This document shows, piece after piece, positions 57,561 through 64,000 of a DNA stretch of 64,000 bases. The notes beneath the pieces were generated by a model. It searched no databases. It had not been told where the DNA came from and worked only from the letters and a program-made list of their open reading frames with translations. Each line of letters starts with the position of its first letter. Within the stretch, counting starts at the first letter, position 1. Made by a program: the position numbers and the translations under genes. This DNA comes from an uncultured Pseudomonadales bacterium (GTDB lineage: Bacteria; Patescibacteriota; Microgenomatia; UBA1400; MFAQ01): contig CAYTOI010000001.1 in NCBI GenBank assembly GCA_964439805.1, positions 67,573 through 131,572 of the forward strand, in the 5' to 3' direction.

Positions 57561-59084
57561 ATGGACAACCAATTTCCACTACCAGGGCCAGTTCCACCAC
57601 CAGTTTCACAGGGAAATATCTTGACACCTCAAACTCCACCGCCATCAACTTCTTTCAGTATTCCACCACCTCCTTTGTCATCGGGGCCAACCATCATCCC
57701 CGCAGGAAAGTCTCCCGTAATTAAACCAAGTATTCCCAAAATGGCTATTTTTGGAGCAGTTGGATTGTTAATTGTAATTCTTTTGGTTTTTGTAGTTTCA
57801 AAAATAGTTGGTTCAAAAAACACAGATACAACTTCTGGTTCCACAAAAACAGCCGCGGTCAGTTCCAAAACAGTCACCTTAAACTATTTTGGACTATGGG
57901 AATCGAGCCAGGTAATGAAACCTGTAATTGAAGCGTTTGAAAAACAAAATCCTACAATAAAAATTAATTATCAGCCACAATCTTCTCAGGACTACCAAGA
58001 TAGACTTAAGACAAACTTGGAAGGGGACTCTCCTCCTGACATCATAAGGTTGCATAGTACTTGGTTGCCAATTTTTGCCAAATATATTCTCCCTGCGCCA
58101 GCCAATACCATTTCTTCTACAGAAATGAGTACAAACTTCTACCCAATTGTTTCTAAGCTTTTAGTTTCCAACAATCAAGTGTATGGAGTGCCTATGACAG
58201 TTGAAGGGCTTGGTCTTTTTGTAAACACCGCCATGCTTCAACAAAAACAAATTAAAACTCCAAAGACCTGGGAAGATCTGGTGACAGCCGCCAAAGCTCT
58301 TAAGGAAGAAGATCCACTAACTGGGAAACTAACTAGAGCCGGTGTAGCACTGGGTAACTCATCAAACGTAGAACACTGGCCTGACATAGTCTCTTTGATG
58401 CTACTTCAGGCAGGTGCAAAGCTTACAAACATGAAGAGCCCAGAAGTCCAAAGTACTCTCGATTACTACACCAAGTTTGCAACCAAACTTCATGTTTGGG
58501 ATGATACCCTGCCTCCTTCAACTGTAGCTTTTGCTAACGAAAAGGTTGCTATGATCTTTGCCCCAAGCTGGAGAGCTAGAGAAATAAAAGCCATGAATCC
58601 TGCCTTATCTTGGGAAGTTGTACCCGTTCCTCAGTTGCCAGACGTAGAACCTCTAAACTGGGCCTCTATCTGGTTTGAAACTGTAAGTAAGTCAAGTAAA
58701 CATCCTCAAGAAGCATGGAAGTTCGTCAGTTTCTTAGCTTCAGCCAATGCTCAACAGATTCTTTTTGACTCTGCTACAGCTGATCGATCATTCCCTCAGG
58801 CGCCAGCCAACAAAGCAGCCGGAAACACAGCTCTAAAAAATCCGGTTATTGCACCATTTGTAACTAGCATGGAAACTGCAAGCTCTTTTTACACTGCTTC
58901 CATGACTAGAGACTCGAAAACAGCTCTAAATTCTCGTCTCATAAAATATCTAGAGGACGCAATTAATTCATTTGTTCTCGGTCAAGATGGCAACAAAACT
59001 GTTGAAACTTTAGATTCTGGCTTTACTCAAGTACTCTCTGAATATGGTTTGGTCGCCAAACCCACCGCTGTCCCAGCTCAGTAA
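57561..59084 (+). CDS. Extracellular solute-binding protein, sugar type, TM-anchored
   Basis: Pro-rich N-terminus, TM, PDI, YGVP, P.TWE.L, F...KVAM. Confidence 0.85.
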   Translation: MDNQFPLPGPVPPPVSQGNILTPQTPPPSTSFSIPPPPLSSGPTIIPAGKSPVIKPSIPKMAIFGAVGLLIVILLVFVVSKIVGSKNTDTTSGSTKTAAVSSKTVTLNYFGLWESSQVMKPVIEAFEKQNPTIKINYQPQSSQDYQDRLKTNLEGDSPPDIIRLHSTWLPIFAKYILPAPANTISSTEMSTNFYPIVSKLLVSNNQVYGVPMTVEGLGLFVNTAMLQQKQIKTPKTWEDLVTAAKALKEEDPLTGKLTRAGVALGNSSNVEHWPDIVSLMLLQAGAKLTNMKSPEVQSTLDYYTKFATKLHVWDDTLPPSTVAFANEKVAMIFAPSWRAREIKAMNPALSWEVVPVPQLPDVEPLNWASIWFETVSKSSKHPQEAWKFVSFLASANAQQILFDSATADRSFPQAPANKAAGNTALKNPVIAPFVTSMETASSFYTASMTRDSKTALNSRLIKYLEDAINSFVLGQDGNKTVETLDSGFTQVLSEYGLVAKPTAVPAQ

Positions 59085-59085
59085 G

Positions 59086-59931
59086 ATGACCATCAAAGAC
59101 TCGGTTTTGAGAACATATAAATATAGTTCTTTTTTTGATTTCCCTTTGTATCCTAAAGAACTCCTTTTATGGCTAGTATCATCAAAAAGAACCAATTTCT
59201 CAAAAATTCCACCACAACTGATAAAAAAACTAAGTAAGGAAGAAATCCAAAAAAGAAAGTTGCTTCTAAAAATTTCACAAAACAAAAAACTTTACGCCAA
59301 ATCAAAGCTAGAATTTCTAAAGTTTTTCCCGTTTATCCAATTCGTAGGTATTTCTGGCTCAGTATCTGTAGATAACGCAACAGAGAAAGACGATGTTGAT
59401 CTTTTTGTTGTTACTGCCCCTAACACTCTCTGGTTAGTAAGACCATTTGTTCTAGTTGCTTTAGAAATACTAGGTATTAGAAGGAGAAAGGGTACTAAGC
59501 CTGCCTTGGCTCAAAATCTCATCTGTCCAAATTTATGGCTTGACACAAACAATTTATTACTTGATAGAGAAAGAAGAAATCTGTTCACAGCTCACGAAGT
59601 TCTTCAAGTTTTTCCCCTTATTAACAAAAATGATACTTACGAAAAATTTATTGCCAAAAACAGCTGGGTAAAAAAATATCTTGCCAATGCCTACAGCTCG
59701 TCAATTCATAGGCCCACCTCTGGCTCGTCATTGCGAGTCTCGTACTCGAGCCGTGGCAATCTCATAATCAACAACTCAATCTATTTCCTCTTTGTTCCCA
59801 TCAACCTCATTTTTTTCATTCTTCAATATTTATTCATGCTGCCTCAACGAAGAGGAGAAGAGCTGGGTTTGGGAAGGGCCTTCTTCCACAATCCAAGCTT
59901 TCAAAAGAAAGTCTTATTAAGTATTAAGTAA
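59086..59931 (+). CDS. Nucleotidyltransferase-domain protein
   Basis: GISGSVS......DDVDLFVV, C.NL, LFTAHE. Confidence 0.75.
   Translation: MTIKDSVLRTYKYSSFFDFPLYPKELLLWLVSSKRTNFSKIPPQLIKKLSKEEIQKRKLLLKISQNKKLYAKSKLEFLKFFPFIQFVGISGSVSVDNATEKDDVDLFVVTAPNTLWLVRPFVLVALEILGIRRRKGTKPALAQNLICPNLWLDTNNLLLDRERRNLFTAHEVLQVFPLINKNDTYEKFIAKNSWVKKYLANAYSSSIHRPTSGSSLRVSYSSRGNLIINNSIYFLFVPINLIFFILQYLFMLPQRRGEELGLGRAFFHNPSFQKKVLLSIK
59726..59763 (+). repeat. GTCATT palindromic element in-frame within a CDS
   Basis: cgtcattgcgagtctcgtactcgagccgtggcaatctc. Confidence 0.8.
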
Positions 59932-59949
59932 CTGTCTATAATAGAGTCA

Positions 59950-60705
59950 ATGGATTTCTTTACCTTATACATATATCAACCATTTTTTAATATCTTAGTT
60001 GGCTTGTATTACATCACTGGGCAAATAATGTCAGAACCAGACATGGGGATAGCTGTTATTTTTTTTGCTGTCGCTGTTCGGTTGATTCTATTGCCTATAG
60101 ACTTAGTTTCAGAAAGGTCTGACGAAGACAAGTTCAAAATATCAGAAAAAATTAAACTTCTCAAAAAAGAACATTCGGACAATCCAATGAGATTGAAAGA
60201 GGAGATAAGAAAAACCATGCGCCAAAGTCCTGGTGCAATTATTTCCGAAGTTTTTAGTGTCATTGTTCAACTCACAATTATAGTTGTTCTCTATAGAATC
60301 TTTACTACTGGTCTAGAAGGGGCGGACATGCACCTTCTTTATTCTTTTATGCCCTACATCAAAGAACCAATCAATTTAATGTTCCTTGGCCAGTATGACC
60401 TTTCGCACACAAACTCAACTCTTAATATTATTCAGTCTCTTATGATAGCTTTAAGTGAGTATGTTCACTTAAGCCTATCGCCAGTAAAGTCCAGTCGCAA
60501 AGAGTTCTACTCTTTAGTCGTTATCTTTCCTGTGGTTTGTTTCTTGGTCTTTATGTTTCTTCCGGCAGGAAAAAAGGTCTTCATCATATCTTCCTTGGCT
60601 TTTACAATCCTAATCCGCCTATATAAACACCTTTCTTATCTTTATTTTGCTTCAAGGCAAGTAGAGGAGGTAGTCAATACCCCAGTGGAGGAAAAGAAGG
60701 TATAA
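59950..60705 (+). CDS. Second YidC/Oxa1-family protein
   Basis: YQP.FN.L, DMGIAVI....VRLIL.P, FLG..DL. Confidence 0.75.
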   Translation: MDFFTLYIYQPFFNILVGLYYITGQIMSEPDMGIAVIFFAVAVRLILLPIDLVSERSDEDKFKISEKIKLLKKEHSDNPMRLKEEIRKTMRQSPGAIISEVFSVIVQLTIIVVLYRIFTTGLEGADMHLLYSFMPYIKEPINLMFLGQYDLSHTNSTLNIIQSLMIALSEYVHLSLSPVKSSRKEFYSLVVIFPVVCFLVFMFLPAGKKVFIISSLAFTILIRLYKHLSYLYFASRQVEEVVNTPVEEKKV

Positions 60706-60712
60706 TAAATTC

Positions 60713-61294
60713 ATGGCCGATTTCGACAAATTAGTAGTATCTTTCCTCGTAGATGAGGTTGTAGGAGGTTTTTTTATCTCAGTTCCTCCAGGGCACGTAG
60801 CCTGCGTTTACGATCGTGGCATGGGTGTTCTTAAACGCGTTTGGGGACCAGGGCTCCACCTAAAGCTTCCTTTTTGGCAAATAGCCAAACTCTTTAATGC
60901 CCAGGTTCTAGAATATACCATCAGGCATGGATTTGACATAAACCTCAAAGAATCTCTAGGTGACGAGCCAATTTCAGCTGTAACCAAAGACGGCCACAGG
61001 ATTATCGTCGAAGGATCCATTCTTTTTAAGTTAGACAAAGCCAATGCTCCAGAACTGTGGGAAAGTATAGGCGACAATTTTGTTTCCAAGGTTATTAGAC
61101 CATACTCTAGAAGCCGCATTGCTTCAGCTTTTGGGCAATACAACTTGGACGAGATAGGGGCTCAAAGATCAGAAATGGAGCAAACTCTTAAAAAAGAGCT
61201 AAATGATCTTTTCCACGACAAAGCTCTCATTATTGAGAACGTTCTTTTTTCGAATGTTTCCACAACTCCAGTCCCCAGCGCTCCTCAGTCTTGA
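60713..61294 (+). CDS. SPFH/band-7 domain protein
   Basis: VPPGHV...Y....G.....PGLH.KLP, TKDG, IRP. Confidence 0.85.
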   Translation: MADFDKLVVSFLVDEVVGGFFISVPPGHVACVYDRGMGVLKRVWGPGLHLKLPFWQIAKLFNAQVLEYTIRHGFDINLKESLGDEPISAVTKDGHRIIVEGSILFKLDKANAPELWESIGDNFVSKVIRPYSRSRIASAFGQYNLDEIGAQRSEMEQTLKKELNDLFHDKALIIENVLFSNVSTTPVPSAPQS

Positions 61295-61306
61295 TATACT
61301 GAATCT

Positions 61307-64000
61307 ATGGCTCTGCCCAAGTACTCCGTTCTGCAAATTCGACCTGCAAAAGACTCCCTCGCCGGGCAAACTGTTTTTATTGAATTTTTAGCTTCTCTCA
61401 GATCCTCATTAAGGGACGGTTTTTGGGAAAGATTCCTAGGCACTTTTGAGACAATCTCTTTGGAAATCGTCAATCTCAATCAAACAACATTTTTTATCAT
61501 CTCATGCCCCGAAAGAATGGAACCTCTAATAAAGGCTCAGGTGGCTGCCCAATATCCAACCGCCTTAATAACTCCCATGAAAGATTACTTGCCAGACTGG
61601 CTTAATCACGGGAAAGTCGCAGTTGCCCAGCTTGCTCTTTCTGGACCTGCACACTTGTCTTTAAATAGTACTTTGGATGATAAGGTTGACCAAATGGCCT
61701 CTATCCTTGGTAGTCTTGCTAGAATTCCAGAGGGTCAGGCTGTCATTATTCAAATTTGTCTCTTTGCTCCACCGGCTAATTGGCAGAAAAATATACGCGG
61801 CGTTTTGGAAAAGGGAATACCTAGCAAAGATCCACTAAAGCCGTCTTCTCCTCATCCTCAAAAAGCAATTATTGAGAAAAAATTAGCTTATCAGGCGTAT
61901 TCTTGTGATATTCGATTGGCTGCGATAACTGCTGATAGTAAATTGTCGAGTCAATTACTTTCGCAAATAGCTGCTGCTTTTGGAACCTATTCTCTTTCGG
62001 AAGGAAACAGCTTATCCCTAAGGTCGCCAAAAAACCCAAGCTCTGTAGAAAAACTTAAGCAAATGATCTTGGACAGGTCAGCCAAGTACTCAAATCAATT
62101 TCAGTTTTTAAATTATGGTGAAATAACTTCTCTCTACCATCTTCCAGGAGCCCTTCTGGCACCCATCAAAGGTATAGCTTGGGGAAAAACTCTCAAAGGC
62201 GAAGCTCCTATAAATCTCGTTGTTGATGAAGGTATTCCGGATTCAGAAAAAAATAAATACAATTTTTTTGCCAAAACAGAATTTAAAAGTCACATGGCTG
62301 TATTTGGTATGAAGAAGGGTATTGATCGCCTACGCCACACTTACATACTTGGAAAATCTGGTACAGGAAAATCAACTCTCATTGGCAGAATGGCCATTAA
62401 TGATATTCAACATGGAGAGGGTGTTGCCTTTGTCGATCCTCACGGAGACGCTGCCGAAACCTTGCTGGATTTTGTCCCAGAAAGTCGAATTAATGATGTT
62501 GCTTATCTGGATCCTTCAGTCAAGGGTAAGTCTTTTTGGATGAACCCTTTGTATGTCAAAAATCCAGAGCAAGGGGAGATGGTTGCTTCTAGTATTGTTT
62601 CTATCTTTAGTAAGCTTTACGGCAATTCATGGGGACCAAGGTTGGAATACATTTTAAGAAACACTCTGCTTACACTAGTTTACAAACCAGAAACTACACT
62701 TGCTGACGTTCCTAGAATCCTGACCAACAAAGACTTCCGCGAAAAAGAGTGTCTAGTTCACGTAACCGACCCTGTTCTTGTTAATTTTTGGAGAGATGAA
62801 TATGACAAATACTCCGAAAAATTCCAAACCGAAGCCATTGCTCCTATTCTCAATAAAATTGGTCAATTTGTAACTTCACCAACAATTCGTGACATCATTA
62901 ATCACCCTAAGAGTACTGTCGACTTCGAAGATATGATGAATACGGGGAAAATTATTATTCTCAATTTGCCTCAAGGAAAAATAGGAGAGGACAACGCTGC
63001 TCTTCTAGGAGCCATGTTTATCTCTCAGATTCAAATCGCGGCCATGAACAGGGCTAATATGGCCGAAGAAAAACGCAAGGACTTTTTTCTCTACGTTGAC
63101 GAGTTCCAAAATTTTGCCACTTCTTCATTTGTAAAAATTCTCTCAGAAGCTCGTAAATATAGACTTGGATTGATTTTGGCGAATCAATACATTGCTCAGC
63201 TTCCTGAAGAAATTCAAAATGCCATTTTTGGTAACGTTGGTACTGTCATGAGTTATGTTGTCGGTGCCTCTGATGCAGACAGAATTATGAAGGAACTAAA
63301 TAATCTGTATACTGCGGATGACTTGGTGGGTCTGGGAAAATATCAGTTAGCAATGAAGATGTCAGTTGAGTCTCAAATGACACAGCCTTTTTCATCGTAT
63401 GCTTTACCTCTACCAGACACCTTTACTCATCAAAAAGAAAAGGTCCTAGCCGCTACTTATGAGAGGTACTATAGAAAGATAGAGCCCATGGACATGTCTC
63501 AGGTAACATCTGCAATGACTCCTGCTGCTAAAAGGTTTACCGAAGCCCCATATGTACCCAAGGTCGCCGGCAAAATAGACTTCCGACCTCAAAATAATAA
63601 TTCTCCTCGCGCCGACAGCTATACTCCGAAACCTCAATATGTTCCCCAGCTAGGCCCGCAGTACCAAGGTAAGCCACCTCTCACTAGCCCTGGCCCTGTC
63701 GCTCCGGCACTTGTGGGCAACTCAGCCTCAGTATCTGAAAAAATAGACAAACCATATTTTGTCCCAATTCCGGTACAGCAACCCAACAATTCCAACACCC
63801 CCGTCATTGCGAGTCTCGTACCCGAGCCGAAGCAATCTCCGTCTCCAAGAGCTGAAATAACTCCACCCAAAGACCCCACCAAAGAAGACCTTGATACTCT
63901 ACGCAAACAAGGTATGCGCCCAAGTGTAGTAGGTTGTTTTCTAAACGATAAAAAAATTCTTCTGGTGTATCAAAAAACTTTTAATCTTTGGCAACTTCCA
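61307..64000 (+). CDS. VirD4/TrwB-like coupling ATPase with Pro-rich linker and start of a NUDIX-like domain; partial at window end
   Basis: Absent from the track because it has no stop; RHTYILGKSGTGKS, DPHGD, YVDEFQNF, LSEARKY, ANQY; same frame reaches RPSVVGCFLNDKKILLVY...LWQLP. Confidence 0.85.
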   Translation, partial: MALPKYSVLQIRPAKDSLAGQTVFIEFLASLRSSLRDGFWERFLGTFETISLEIVNLNQTTFFIISCPERMEPLIKAQVAAQYPTALITPMKDYLPDWLNHGKVAVAQLALSGPAHLSLNSTLDDKVDQMASILGSLARIPEGQAVIIQICLFAPPANWQKNIRGVLEKGIPSKDPLKPSSPHPQKAIIEKKLAYQAYSCDIRLAAITADSKLSSQLLSQIAAAFGTYSLSEGNSLSLRSPKNPSSVEKLKQMILDRSAKYSNQFQFLNYGEITSLYHLPGALLAPIKGIAWGKTLKGEAPINLVVDEGIPDSEKNKYNFFAKTEFKSHMAVFGMKKGIDRLRHTYILGKSGTGKSTLIGRMAINDIQHGEGVAFVDPHGDAAETLLDFVPESRINDVAYLDPSVKGKSFWMNPLYVKNPEQGEMVASSIVSIFSKLYGNSWGPRLEYILRNTLLTLVYKPETTLADVPRILTNKDFREKECLVHVTDPVLVNFWRDEYDKYSEKFQTEAIAPILNKIGQFVTSPTIRDIINHPKSTVDFEDMMNTGKIIILNLPQGKIGEDNAALLGAMFISQIQIAAMNRANMAEEKRKDFFLYVDEFQNFATSSFVKILSEARKYRLGLILANQYIAQLPEEIQNAIFGNVGTVMSYVVGASDADRIMKELNNLYTADDLVGLGKYQLAMKMSVESQMTQPFSSYALPLPDTFTHQKEKVLAATYERYYRKIEPMDMSQVTSAMTPAAKRFTEAPYVPKVAGKIDFRPQNNNSPRADSYTPKPQYVPQLGPQYQGKPPLTSPGPVAPALVGNSASVSEKIDKPYFVPIPVQQPNNSNTPVIASLVPEPKQSPSPRAEITPPKDPTKEDLDTLRKQGMRPSVVGCFLNDKKILLVYQKTFNLWQLP
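63802..63839 (+). repeat. GTCATT palindromic element in-frame within a CDS
   Basis: cgtcattgcgagtctcgtacccgagccgaagcaatctc, read as VIASLVPEPKQS. Confidence 0.8.

Overview
This AT-rich chromosomal window looks like a Patescibacteria (CPR) genome, probably of the Microgenomates group; that is inferred from gene style, pilin arrays, a short ValS and apparently leaderless genes. Core genes: tdk, rpoD, dnaG, comF, ssrA/smpB, uppS, a polyprenyl synthase, the dnaN-dnaA-rpmH-rnpA-yidD-yidC-jag block, rnhA, rplY, valS and tsaD. There are seven tRNAs, including five Ser isoacceptors within 2.2 kb, a rare Ser(ACT) and an Arg(GCG). A large CPR-type T4SS-like locus carries nine VirB2/TrbC-like pilins, VirB6-like, PrgI and VirB4 genes and two cell-wall hydrolases. 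A VirD4-like ATPase missed by the ORF track runs off the right edge, apparently fused to a NUDIX domain. The most striking unexplained signal is non-coding. Three 134-150 bp modules sit at the 3' ends of tRNA-Ser(GGA), tRNA-Ser(GCT) and tmRNA. Each duplicates the host 3' end, carries an antisense copy of its own host's T-arm, and shares a 34-nt hairpin core with fixed geometry and covarying sequence. The window also has several families of micro-repeats (8-mer and 7-mer tandem arrays, GTCATT palindromes, a 103-bp structured repeat). Nearly all are in one orientation and several are inserted in-frame in housekeeping genes. All calls come from reading the sequence; no searches were run.
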